A DNA stretch of 64,000 nt, from NCBI GenBank assembly GCA_040219255.1, contig JAVJSW010000056.1:32001-96000 (forward strand), written 5' to 3'. The position numbers and the translations under genes are program-made. This document shows, one piece after another, positions 47,246 to 56,515 of the stretch. The stretch is from Sumerlaeia bacterium. GTDB lineage: Bacteria > Sumerlaeota > Sumerlaeia > SLMS01 > JAHLLQ01. A model generated the notes under the pieces. That model saw only the letters and a program-made list of their open reading frames with translations. It did not search any database and had not been told where the DNA came from. Positions within the stretch are counted from its first letter, which is position 1, and each line of letters starts with the position of its first letter.

Positions 47246-47782
47246 TTAGTCGAACAGGTGAACGGGTTCCTGGCGCAGCTTCTTCTGCAACTGCATGATG
47301 CCATAGATCAGGGCCTCGGGCCGGGGCGGGCAGCCCGGGACGTAGATGTCCACCGGCACGACCTCATCCACGCCCTGCAGAACGCTGTACACGTTGTACA
47401 TACCGCCACAGGACGAGCACGCGCCCATGGCGATGACCCACTTGGGCTCGGTCATCTGATCGTAAATGCGGCGCACCACGGGGGCCATTTTCTTGGTCAC
47501 CGTGCCAGCCACGATCATCAGGTCCGCCTGGCGCGGCGAGGGGCGGAACACCTCGGCGCCGAAGCGGCTCATATCGTAACGCGAGGACGCGGTGCCCATC
47601 ATTTCGATGGCGCAGCAGCTCAGGCCCATCATCACGGGCCAGATCGAGTTGCGGCGGCAGTAGCTCAGCGCCTCGGAAAGTGTCTTCGTCAGGGCGTTCT
47701 CGGGGGCCTGGATCGTCAACGATCCGGTGGCCTCCTGTGTGCCCGGTTTAGCTGTTGTCGGGGGTGCAGCGATTAGTTCCAT
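47246..47782 (-). CDS. nuoB: NADH-quinone oxidoreductase subunit B
   Basis: [24 protein letters not shown]; start overlaps the nuoA end. Confidence 0.96.
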   Translation of the reverse strand: MELIAAPPTTAKPGTQEATGSLTIQAPENALTKTLSEALSYCRRNSIWPVMMGLSCCAIEMMGTASSRYDMSRFGAEVFRPSPRQADLMIVAGTVTKKMAPVVRRIYDQMTEPKWVIAMGACSSCGGMYNVYSVLQGVDEVVPVDIYVPGCPPRPEALIYGIMQLQKKLRQEPVHLFD

Positions 47783-48174
47783 GTCAAGGCTCCTTTTTTC
47801 CACTCGTAAAGCAATCCCACGAGGAGGATGATCATGTAAACCGCCATCAGGCCCATGGCGAAGGGCATGAAACCCGGAGCGGCGACGTGGGCGCGCACAG
47901 AGAGCGCCCAGGCAATCAGATAGACCAACTCCATATCGAACAGCAAGAACAAGAGCGCCACCAGATAGAACCGCACGTTGACTTGGCTGCGGGCGCTGCC
48001 GATGACAGGCACACCGCATTCGTAAGGTTCGGACTTGGCGGCGTTCGGCTTTTTCTTGCCGATCAAATTGGAAGCCGTCAGGCTGACCAGCGCGAAGCCA
48101 ACGGCCACCACGGCCATCACGAGGACGGGGAGGTAGGCTTCGGCGATGGTGGATGCGGCCAAAAGTTGCATCAT
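47773..48174 (-). CDS. nuoA: NADH-quinone oxidoreductase subunit A
   Basis: [31 protein letters not shown]. Confidence 0.96.
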   Translation of the reverse strand: MMQLLAASTIAEAYLPVLVMAVVAVGFALVSLTASNLIGKKKPNAAKSEPYECGVPVIGSARSQVNVRFYLVALLFLLFDMELVYLIAWALSVRAHVAAPGFMPFAMGLMAVYMIILLVGLLYEWKKGALTWN

Positions 48175-48210
48175 GGCTCGGTTTCCTGCCTTGAATCCAT
48201 GGGCGAGAGT

Positions 48211-48228
48211 TTGTGAAATTCATCACAA
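48211..48228. promoter_or_regulatory. Rex-type (or CRP/FNR-family) operator upstream of nuoA
   Basis: TTGTGAAATTCATCACAA versus Rex consensus TTGTGAAnnnnTTCACAA (1 mismatch), 36 bp upstream of nuoA. Confidence 0.75.
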
Positions 48229-48393
48229 GCGGCGGCCATGCAAACGGACCGTTGGCCCGGCGGTCAATGTCAAACGTCAGCCCCGAAGCGCCTTCGCGGA
48301 CCGGGGAGGCATTTTCTTCGCTCATTGACCCTTGCCGAGGGCGGTTTTCCCGCGCCATCGTTCCGCACTGGTATGCTAAGAAAGAATCGCGCC

Positions 48394-48957
48394 ATGACCC
48401 CATCACCGCCCGCGGCACCCGACGCCACCCCGCCCGATGTCCCCGCCCGGCCCCTCGTTCCGCGCCCCCCGGCCCGCGGAATGGCTCGTACCCTGTTCTC
48501 GCGCACCGCTGGTTTCATTGGGCTTATCGGCCTCCTCATCGCCATCTTCGTCATGAAGCCGGCCGGTCTCGGCCCCAGCATGTGCACCCTGCAAAAAGCC
48601 ACCGGCTATCCATGCCCTGGCTGCGGCCTGACCCGATCCGTCTCCAGCTTCGCCCAAGGCCACCCCCTCTGGTCCTTCAAGTTCCATCCCCTCGGCCCCC
48701 CCATCGCCATTCTCTTCCTCGCCACCGCCGTCATGGCGGTTTTGCCCAACCGCCCCCGCGAGGCTTTTCTCGCCTGGCTCGAAAAGTATGATCGCTATCT
48801 CTGGTGGATCGTGCTGGCCTTTTTTGTCCTCATGATCGTCTATGGCCTGGTTCGAATCGTCCTGGTCGCCACCGGTCATCCCGATTATGCGTGGTGGCTC
48901 GAGGGCGACGGCACCGAAGCACCCTGGCTCGCGCCTCCGCCCCATCCCCAGCCCTGA
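48394..48957 (+). CDS. DUF2752-like membrane protein
   Basis: [19 protein letters not shown]...FHPLG with flanking TM helices. Confidence 0.85.
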   Translation: MTPSPPAAPDATPPDVPARPLVPRPPARGMARTLFSRTAGFIGLIGLLIAIFVMKPAGLGPSMCTLQKATGYPCPGCGLTRSVSSFAQGHPLWSFKFHPLGPPIAILFLATAVMAVLPNRPREAFLAWLEKYDRYLWWIVLAFFVLMIVYGLVRIVLVATGHPDYAWWLEGDGTEAPWLAPPPHPQP

Positions 48958-48975
48958 GAAGAAAGCCGGCCCGCC

Positions 48976-49350
48976 GTGACCCCACCTGCGTCCAAATCCT
49001 CCGAGTCCGCCCGCGCCGAAGGCCGCAAGCCCGCCTTCGCCCGCCCCAGTTTTTTCTCCCAATCCCACGACGGCCGCCCCGTCGTCTCCGCCGGCCAAAG
49101 CGGCCTCACCAAACGCGAACTCCTCGCCCTCGAGATGCACAAGTCCATGCTCGCCAACCCGAACATCACGCGCTCCGTCAGCACCGGCGAGGACATCATC
49201 ACCCACTTTTCCGAAGAAGAGTTCGCCCGCAACCTCGCCCAACTGGCGATCATGCATGCCGACGTGCTCCTGGAAGAATTGGAGAACACATCCAAAGGCG
49301 ATAACCCCATGCGCCCCCACCGCGAAGCGGAGCGTGCGGGGGAAGGGTAG
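48976..49350 (+). CDS. Hypothetical protein with phage-like PAF...GLTKRE...ADVLL motif
   Basis: Coding-type codon bias; motif order resembles small phage proteins of the GMTLRDYFAA / GLTKREYFA type (recalled, not searched). Confidence 0.6.
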   Translation: MTPPASKSSESARAEGRKPAFARPSFFSQSHDGRPVVSAGQSGLTKRELLALEMHKSMLANPNITRSVSTGEDIITHFSEEEFARNLAQLAIMHADVLLEELENTSKGDNPMRPHREAERAGEG

Positions 49351-49358
49351 GCTTGAAA

Positions 49359-49488
49359 TGGCCGCAGATAAATGGGGATGAATGGGATCGATTTTCTGGT
49401 GGGATTAAAAGTTTGAGCATACTGTTGATGAGCGACCCAGCGGAGGCGGCGACCGATCATCCCATTTATCCTATCCATCGGCGGCCAA
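49359..49488. repeat. Inverted-repeat mini-element, family B
   Basis: TGGCCGCAGATAAATGGGGATGAATGGGAT (49359-49388) and ATCCCATTTATCCTATCCATCGGCGGCCAA (49459-49488), between convergent genes. Confidence 0.7.
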
Positions 49489-49504
49489 TTGTTTTCACCC
49501 CCAC

Positions 49505-51058
49505 TTACACCGATCCGTAGCCCCCGTCCTCCTTGTACCGCACCTCATAAATGTCCCGGCGCCGGTCGCGCCAGTTTTGCGTCGTGCCGCGGTAGCGATG
49601 GCGCCTCAGCAATTCAATGTCGAGATCCTGCATCACCACCGTCTCGATGTTCGGGGTGCATTCGGCGGCGATACCATCGCGGCTGAAGGGAATATCGGCC
49701 GGTGTGAAGATCGCACTTTGCGCATAGTGAATATCCGCGTTGGCGACAAACGGCAGATTTCCCGTACAACCCGACACCGCCACGTACACATGGTTTTCGA
49801 TGCAGCGCGCCATGGCGCAATTGCGCACCCGCAGGTACCCGTGGCGCGAGTCCGTGTTGAACGGACAGAAGATGATCTGGGCCCCCTTCTTCACCGCGAT
49901 GCGGGTCATTTCGGGGAACTCGACATCGTAGCAGATCTGAATCGCGATGCGCCCGCAGTCCGTATCGAAGACCTCGACCTTGTCGCCGCCGACCACGCCC
50001 CACCACTTCCATTCCGCCGGGGTCACGTGCATCTTGTACTGCTTGCCGATGGTGCCATCGCGCCGGAACAGGAACGCGATGTTGTAGAGGTACTCGTTCT
50101 CAATCACAAACTGGGACCCGGCGATGATGTTGATGTGGTGCTTGATCGCCATGCTGCTGAAGAGTTCGAGGTATTGGGGGGTGAAAGACGCCAGTCGGCG
50201 AGCCGCCTCGCCTGGATGCTTGGTGTCGCAGAAGGATAGCAACTGGGTGGTGAACAGTTCGGGCAGCAGGATGAAGTCGCACTTGTAATCCGACGCCGTA
50301 TCCACCAGGAACCGGCACTGCTTGTCGAATTCGTCGAAGCTCTCGATCGATCGCATTTCGTATTGCGCCACGGCTAGGCGCACCATCTGCACCGGCCGGA
50401 TCGCCCGCTTCTTGAACGGGCGGTAGTCCACGTTGGTCCACTCCAGATGCGTGGCCCAGCCTCCGCTGTCCTCGTCCGAGGGCAGATAGTCGGGCAGGAG
50501 CTGCTTGAGTTCGAACCCGTTCGCCAACTGCATCGTCAGCACCGGGTCGTAGATCGTCTTGTCTTCCACATTCTGCACATACTCATGGGCCGACATGCTA
50601 TTCTTGTATTTTGTGTAATTGGGAATACGTCCACCAACGACAATGCCCTTCAGGTTCTTGTCCCGGACCAGGTTCTTCCGAGCATCATAGAGCCGCCGGC
50701 CCAGTTTCATGCCGCGAAACTGCGGATGCACCATGATCTCGATGCCATAGAGCATGTCGCCGTTGGGGCTGTGGTTGCGGATGAAGCCGTTGTCGGCGAT
50801 GGTTTTCCAATCGTGCCAGTCGGAATAGAGATCGTAGTCGACGATCAGGCATCCGGCGGAGGCCATGATCTGACCATCGAACTCGACGCAGATTTGACCC
50901 TCGGGAAAAATCTCGATCTGGCTGAGGAACTGCTCGCGCGTCCACGGAGACATTTCGGGGAAGCAGAGCTGTTGCAACCCGACCAACTGGTCGAAGTCTT
51001 TCTCCTCGAGTTGGCGCAATGTCACCGCGCGTTCGAATTGTTTCAGGTCGATTTCCAA
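49505..51058 (-). CDS. GNAT acetyltransferase / carbon-nitrogen hydrolase fusion (YhcX-like)
   Basis: N-terminal [17 protein letters not shown]...GRRLY; C-terminal [17 protein letters not shown] (E-K-C triad). TTG start inferred from the RBS. Confidence 0.92.
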   Translation of the reverse strand: MEIDLKQFERAVTLRQLEEKDFDQLVGLQQLCFPEMSPWTREQFLSQIEIFPEGQICVEFDGQIMASAGCLIVDYDLYSDWHDWKTIADNGFIRNHSPNGDMLYGIEIMVHPQFRGMKLGRRLYDARKNLVRDKNLKGIVVGGRIPNYTKYKNSMSAHEYVQNVEDKTIYDPVLTMQLANGFELKQLLPDYLPSDEDSGGWATHLEWTNVDYRPFKKRAIRPVQMVRLAVAQYEMRSIESFDEFDKQCRFLVDTASDYKCDFILLPELFTTQLLSFCDTKHPGEAARRLASFTPQYLELFSSMAIKHHINIIAGSQFVIENEYLYNIAFLFRRDGTIGKQYKMHVTPAEWKWWGVVGGDKVEVFDTDCGRIAIQICYDVEFPEMTRIAVKKGAQIIFCPFNTDSRHGYLRVRNCAMARCIENHVYVAVSGCTGNLPFVANADIHYAQSAIFTPADIPFSRDGIAAECTPNIETVVMQDLDIELLRRHRYRGTTQNWRDRRRDIYEVRYKEDGGYGSV

Positions 51059-51172
51059 AGGGAAGCCTCTCTCGGGTGAATGTGGGGCGTCACCCACCGC
51101 GCCCGGCGGGGCGGGAGGGAACGCCTGGAGAAGCTTAGCAAATTCGATTCGCGGTTGGCAAGACCGGGAAAA

Positions 51173-52813
51173 TCAGCGGCTCTTGCGCAGCTCGGCCAGG
51201 AAATCGTCGAAGGTCTTCTTGTCGCTCGCCCGCGTCACCACCACCACGTGGTGGCCGGTCTGGTTGGGCGAGAAAAACACGACCGCGCTCTCGCCCTTGG
51301 CATAGGTGCCTTTTTCCTCAAGCCCCAGCCGCGCCGCCGCGGCGCCGAAGAACTCCTTCGAGTCCGCCTCCGTGTCCCACACCGTCGTCCACTCGAACAG
51401 CCAACGGTCGCCGTCATCGCTCGCAAAGGTCACGATGCGGTCGTTGCCCCATCCGGCCGCCGCGGCCGTGGCGGCCGGGTCCTTGACCATGAAGTTCGGG
51501 TTCAGCAGACTGAGGCTGGGAAAGTTCGCCGGGTCCACCAGCCACACCCGCGTGATCCACTCGCCCAGCGTGTTCAGGTACACCTGCTCGAGCCCGAGGC
51601 GCTCGGCCTTTTGGGCCAAAGATTCGGCCGCCGGAAAGTTGTAATCGGCGATGGGGCGCTCGTTGGCCTGGTATTTTTCGGGATGCAGAATCTGCTCGGT
51701 GCTGACCGGTGGCTGCTCGAAGGGCCGGTTACGCGCGGCGCCGGGCCCGATATAGCCCATTTCCGTATAGAATTCCATGCCGCCCAGGTAGGGGAACAGG
51801 AGCATCTGGACCAGCGCCGGGGGCGTTTCGTTCAGTTGATCCATGTTCTGCTTCAGCAGCGCCGGAATGTCCTTCATGATCGCCGCCAGGGACCCGTTCT
51901 CCATGCCCCATTCCATCATCAGCATCGTCGCGTCGCCCTCGAGGACGCAGGCCATCGCCAGATTCTGATCGTCGTTTTCCGTGCGGAAAGGCAGATCGGC
52001 GATGGGGAAATGCTGGTCCTGGATCGCGTGGGTGATTTCGTGGCACAGGATCACCTTACCGAAGAACGACGTCGGATCGAACACGTCCACCACATAGAGG
52101 GTCTTGCGCCGGTCGTCGTAGAGCCCGCCGACCTGGCCCTCGAGCAGCCCGCCGTAAAGAATCCGCAGGTCCGCGTCTTCAGGGATCAGGCCCAGGCCCT
52201 TCCAAGTGACCTCGGTGCCGCGCACCGCGGCGTCCGTCAGCTCTTCGTCCAGAAGCATCTTCAGCACCCCGGCCAGACCGTCGGCGTCGAGGACCTTGGG
52301 CGTCACCGGCTCTTTCAGTTCGAGCCCGCGGAGCCGGGCCGTCTCTTCCGCAACCTTCTTGACCAGAGCGTTGTAGCGCGCGGTCTTGACCTGTGGGCCG
52401 TCCAGCACACCGTCCAGCACCTCGCGGTAGGCCCGAGCCCGGGCCGCGCGCAGTTCCGCCTCCTTGGCCGCCGTCAGGAGCCGCTCGCCCTCATCCTCGC
52501 AGTCCGCCGGGATCGCCGGGTCTTCCTGCGCATAGGACGGCAAAGCCGCCTCGGCTCCCGTCTCCGAGGGCTCGGGCAGGGTCAGCCCGCCCTCGACGGA
52601 ACCGGCCGCCGCCACGATTTCCTGGCGCAGTTCCCGAATCCGCGTTTGCAGGCCCGACAGCTCGCGCTCCGCCACCGATTGGCGCAGCTCAAGTTTGCGC
52701 AGCACCTCGGCGCAATCCGCCTCCTGGGCCATCGCCGCAGGCGCCTGAAACAGGCACCCCACGGTCAAAGTCGTCAGAACGAACCGCCGAAGCGGCGGGA
52801 ATGAAACGGGCAT
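51173..52813 (-). CDS. Secreted zinc metalloprotease-like protein with N-terminal coiled coil
   Basis: Signal peptide; VGGLYD, HEITHAIQDQHF, EGDAT, FPYLGG, PPVSTEQILHPEKY, AAGWGND. Confidence 0.8.
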   Translation of the reverse strand: MPVSFPPLRRFVLTTLTVGCLFQAPAAMAQEADCAEVLRKLELRQSVAERELSGLQTRIRELRQEIVAAAGSVEGGLTLPEPSETGAEAALPSYAQEDPAIPADCEDEGERLLTAAKEAELRAARARAYREVLDGVLDGPQVKTARYNALVKKVAEETARLRGLELKEPVTPKVLDADGLAGVLKMLLDEELTDAAVRGTEVTWKGLGLIPEDADLRILYGGLLEGQVGGLYDDRRKTLYVVDVFDPTSFFGKVILCHEITHAIQDQHFPIADLPFRTENDDQNLAMACVLEGDATMLMMEWGMENGSLAAIMKDIPALLKQNMDQLNETPPALVQMLLFPYLGGMEFYTEMGYIGPGAARNRPFEQPPVSTEQILHPEKYQANERPIADYNFPAAESLAQKAERLGLEQVYLNTLGEWITRVWLVDPANFPSLSLLNPNFMVKDPAATAAAAGWGNDRIVTFASDDGDRWLFEWTTVWDTEADSKEFFGAAAARLGLEEKGTYAKGESAVVFFSPNQTGHHVVVVTRASDKKTFDDFLAELRKSR

Positions 52814-52964
52814 GGAGAAACCTTTCGCGCGTCAAAAAAAAAGGGGAGCGGCCGAGCCGCCATCGGCGGTCACATCGCCCTTGCCGTAGCCGACCCCGCC
52901 CCGCAGGCTCGGGTTTGTGGCCCATGGCCACAGCCAAACTTGCACCAACCCAGAAGGAGGCGTC

Positions 52965-53537
52965 ATGCGGATTCTCGGGATCGACCCCGGATTGGCCAGC
53001 ACCGGCGTCGGCGTCATCACCGACGAAGGCGCCGAAGCGGGCCGCTGGCGCGTTCTGGCCCACGACGATGTCCGCACCGCCGCCGCCGTGCCCATGGCCG
53101 AGCGGCTCGCCGCCATCCACCGCCTCGTCACCGAAACCGTCGCGGAGTACCGCCCCGACGTCGCCTCGGTCGAAGCCGTTTTCTTCGCCAAGAACGTCCG
53201 CAGCGCCATTCTGATGGCCCACGGGCGGGGTGTCGCGCTGTTGGCGGCGGCCCAGGGCGGCGCCGAAATTCGCGAATTCAGCGCCCTCGAAATCAAACAG
53301 TCCGTCGTCGGCAAAGGCCGCGCCAGCAAAGAGCAGGTCATGCTCATGGTGCGTACGCTACTGGACCTCGAAGCCCTGCCCCCCAGCGACCACCAGGCCG
53401 ATGCCCTCGCCTGCGCCCTGGCCCACGCCTACCGGTCGCGGCTGGTGGAACGGCTGAACGCGGCGGGGGGCGTCGAAGCGAACGCGGGCGCCAAGGCACT
53501 CCTGGCCCAGGCTCGGCGGGGACGCAGGCGCCGGTAG
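52965..53537 (+). CDS. ruvC: Holliday junction resolvase
   Basis: MRILGIDPG, VEAVFF, K.SVVGKGRASKEQV, DHQADALA; AGGAGG RBS. Confidence 0.96.
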   Translation: MRILGIDPGLASTGVGVITDEGAEAGRWRVLAHDDVRTAAAVPMAERLAAIHRLVTETVAEYRPDVASVEAVFFAKNVRSAILMAHGRGVALLAAAQGGAEIREFSALEIKQSVVGKGRASKEQVMLMVRTLLDLEALPPSDHQADALACALAHAYRSRLVERLNAAGGVEANAGAKALLAQARRGRRRR

Positions 53538-53672
53538 GGGGAATTCGGTTCCGATCTCCAACCCGGGCTGGAGGACTCGATCCCGGCAAGAGTGTCACAG
53601 ATTTTCTTTGACTAAAGAAAATAGAGTATTAGGGTGGCCCGAACTTCGAATCGAAAGCGAGACGCCCCTCCC

Positions 53673-54407
53673 ATGCCGTTCCTTTCTCTTAAACCGACCC
53701 GGGCCCTGGCGGCCGTGGAAATCCTGATCGTGGTGGCGGTCGTGGCGCTGCTGGCGCTGGTGGCTCTGACCCAGACGGACGTCGCGCAAACGCGGTCGAA
53801 GGTCGCGCGGGCCAAGGCCCAGCTCCGCAACGTGGCCGCGGCGCTCGAGGCCTACGCCGTGGATTCCCAGGCCTATCCGAATTCGACCGGCACGGGCGCG
53901 GCCCTGGTCCCAGGGGATGGCCCGGGGGCTTATTCGCCGCTCGCGCTCCTGACGACGCCGGTGGCGTACCTATCGGATGCGAGCCTCCTGCGCGATCCCT
54001 TCCCGATCCGCTACCGAAGGAGCGCTGCCACAGCCGAGCGGATGGCCCAGGCCCCCCTCATCGCCGTCTCGGAATTCGAGGCCGTCGCGGTGTCCAATTC
54101 GCTCGTGTACCAGGCCTGCAATCCCCAGCAGCGGTATGTCATCCCGCCGGACAGCTTTTCGGACAGTACTCGGCACACCCATGCCAGCACCTACTTTCTC
54201 CATTCCGCCGGCCCCGACGCCACCTACCACAACCTCGGCGGAGTCCTGGCCAACGACCGCGAGTCCTCGGGCCCGATTCTCCTGATCTACGACCCGACGA
54301 ACGGCGTGTTCTCGGCCGGCAGCATCTACCGCGCGAACGGCGAAGGCGCCGGGTCGGCGATTTACGCGGGCGGTTCCGGGCTGTTCCGGGTGGCTGGAGG
54401 GTCGTAG
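53673..54407 (+). CDS. GspG/pilin-like protein with degenerate prepilin motif
   Basis: RA|LAAVEILIVVAVVALLA, AQTRSKV, LEAYAVD...YP, LTTPVAY, DPF, SAGPD, YDPTNG. Confidence 0.8.
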   Translation: MPFLSLKPTRALAAVEILIVVAVVALLALVALTQTDVAQTRSKVARAKAQLRNVAAALEAYAVDSQAYPNSTGTGAALVPGDGPGAYSPLALLTTPVAYLSDASLLRDPFPIRYRRSAATAERMAQAPLIAVSEFEAVAVSNSLVYQACNPQQRYVIPPDSFSDSTRHTHASTYFLHSAGPDATYHNLGGVLANDRESSGPILLIYDPTNGVFSAGSIYRANGEGAGSAIYAGGSGLFRVAGGS

Positions 54408-54702
54408 AGGATTTGGGGGACGCGGTGGTTTGGGAGGGAGGAAGGATGGTCCGGTCAGGAGGTAGTCAGGACATAAGGAACTGATTTGGGCCGCGACATG
54501 GGTTACACTTTCGCCTCGTCAGGTCACAGTCTCTGGTTCACGGGCGGCGACAAGGTGATTGGGAAGCGAGCGCGTCTCCTCGCGTCATGATTTCGTTCGT
54601 CATCTTCGGGATTCGGGAGGCTCAGGCTCGGTCGAACCCTGAGGCCAATTTAACGGTCAGCCGTTCGAGCGGAATCTTGGTAAGTCGAATAAAAAAAGCA
54701 AT

Positions 54703-54731
54703 CTCTGTGTCCTCCGCGCCTTTGCGGTGAT
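54703..54731 (-). repeat. Family A repeat arm
   Basis: Reverse complement ATCACCGCAAAGGCGCGGAGGACACAGAG resembles 7586-7614. Confidence 0.6.
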
Positions 54732-54752
54732 TTTCCTGCACCCGCCACCCTG

Positions 54753-54781
54753 TTGACAAACCCTCCGCCGCGTTCAATAAT
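54753..54781 (+). promoter_or_regulatory. Sigma70-type promoter for pilC
   Basis: TTGACA, 17-bp spacer, AATAAT; ends 44 bp upstream of the ATG. Confidence 0.7.
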
Positions 54782-54825
54782 TCAGGCCTGCACTTATCCT
54801 CTCTAACCCACGCGAGGTGTGGCTC

Positions 54826-56061
54826 ATGGCGGAGTTTTTCTACGAGGCCCTCGATAGGAACGGTCAGTCGGTTCGCGGGTTTCTGGAGGCCGGCGGGGAA
54901 GATGTGGTGGTGGAGCGGTTGCGGCGGATTGGCTACGCGGCGCTCAGCGTCGAGCGGCGGGGGAGGCCGCTGTGGCGGAGGGATATGCTGGCGGCGCTGC
55001 CGCTGCGCCGCAACCGGGTCAAGACGCGGCACCTAGCGACATTCACGCGTCAATTGGCCACGCTGCTGTCCGCCGGGTTGCCGCTGCGGCGGGCTCTGGG
55101 GGTGACGGCGCGCCAGACGGAGTCGGCGGGGCTGCGGAGGTGTCTGGCGCAAATCATCCGCGACATCGACAAGGGCGTGACCTTGGCGGAGGGTCTCGGC
55201 CGCCATCCGCGGATATTCGATGACGCTTATGTGAATATGGTGCGGGCTGGTGAAGTGGGCGGGATGATGGAATTCGCCCTGGGAAAACTGGCCGCCTACG
55301 AAGAGCAGCGGGCCAAATGGCGGTCGCGGATTCGGTCGGCGCTCATGTACCCGGCGATGGTCTTCGTGGTGTCGGGGTTGGTCGTGGCGTTCCTTCTCTA
55401 TAAGGTCGTTCCGAAGTTCGCGGAGATTTTCGAGCAGTTGGGGGCCGAGCTGCCGGGGCTGACGTCGGCCTTGGTTCGGGCGTCGGAGCTGGTGCGTTCG
55501 CCCGATGGGCTGTGGCTGCTGGCGGGCGCGGGGGTGGTGTGGTGGCTGGCGGGCAAGCTGTACGCGACGGACAGCGGCCGGTTGTTGACGCATCGGGTGT
55601 GGCTCAAGGTGCCGGTCTTCGGCGACCTGTACCGGAAAATGACCATCGCGCGCTTCGCCGGGACGTTCGCGGCGCTGCTGCGGGCCGGGGTGCCGATCCG
55701 CCAGGCCCTGCCGATCGTGCAGAGCGTGTGCGCCAACGAGGTGGTGGCGCGGGCCATCGCGCGCGTTCACGAGAACGTCATGGACGGCGAGCCGATGCAC
55801 GAGCCCATCGCGCAATGCCCGGTCTTTCCGCCCATCGTGGCGCGGATGGTGGCGGTGGGCGAGGAAACGGGCGAGGTGGACCGGTTGCTGGAGAAAATCG
55901 AGGAAGCCTACGAGCGCGAGGTGGACGACATGGTGGCGGGTTTCGCGTCGATCATGGAGCCGCTGATGATCGTGTTCCTGGGCGTCATCATCGGGACGAT
56001 CGTGGTGGCGCTGTACGGATCAGTGAACATTTTCCCGTGCGGCTGCCGGATGGTGAAATGA
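54826..56061 (+). CDS. pilC: Type IV pilus / T2SS inner-membrane platform protein (PilC/GspF)
   Basis: FTRQLATLLSAGLPL, NMVRAGEVGG, ALMYP, VVPKF, MVAVGEETG, IMEPLMIV. Confidence 0.93.
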   Translation: MAEFFYEALDRNGQSVRGFLEAGGEDVVVERLRRIGYAALSVERRGRPLWRRDMLAALPLRRNRVKTRHLATFTRQLATLLSAGLPLRRALGVTARQTESAGLRRCLAQIIRDIDKGVTLAEGLGRHPRIFDDAYVNMVRAGEVGGMMEFALGKLAAYEEQRAKWRSRIRSALMYPAMVFVVSGLVVAFLLYKVVPKFAEIFEQLGAELPGLTSALVRASELVRSPDGLWLLAGAGVVWWLAGKLYATDSGRLLTHRVWLKVPVFGDLYRKMTIARFAGTFAALLRAGVPIRQALPIVQSVCANEVVARAIARVHENVMDGEPMHEPIAQCPVFPPIVARMVAVGEETGEVDRLLEKIEEAYEREVDDMVAGFASIMEPLMIVFLGVIIGTIVVALYGSVNIFPCGCRMVK

Positions 56062-56096
56062 CGAGCTGAAGCGGAGGACGGCGATTCCCTTCAAAA

Positions 56097-56358
56097 TTCA
56101 CCACGGAGTCACAGAGAGCACGGAGAATATTGGGGTCATTGGGTTTCTTGGTGGGTTGGCGTGGGGTTGGAGGCACGAACGAGTCGGAGGAAATTTTTCC
56201 GCTGAGGCAGAGTTTCTGCCTGGCGCGAGGAAAAAGTGGTGGTGGACCACGCTGCGCTATGGTCTATGCGATTGATTTTGTTGAGTCCCTGGAGGACTCT
56301 CCGGTTCAGTTTTCAAGAACCTCTGTGAAGCCCCCTCCTCTGTGCCTTTACTGTGATT
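56097..56358. repeat. Inverted-repeat mini-element, family A (right arm degenerate)
   Basis: TTCACCACGGAGTCACAGAGAGCACGGAG (56097-56125); partial inverse CCTCTGTGCCTTTACTGTGAT near 56337-56357. Confidence 0.5.
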
Positions 56359-56515
56359 TAGGAGTCAGGGCTGAGGGGGCGGACGGGGGCAAAAAGCGTT
56401 GCGCTCGTTTGCCTGCAATGAATTGATTCGCGGGTTCCTAACCTGAGAACCCACTCGGCGCGCGTTGACCGGACGGCGCCAGCCGGAACTTATGACAAAT
56501 CGAGAGGACCCGCTC

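Noticed and set aside
47783-48418. Extended 390-aa nuoB ORF suggesting a fusion
   Set aside because: The upstream part overlaps nuoA in another frame; nuoB starts at 47782.
53538-53600. Structured-looking sequence after ruvC, considered as tRNA or riboswitch
   Set aside because: No cloverleaf, T-loop or CCA, and no c-di-GMP riboswitch core seen.
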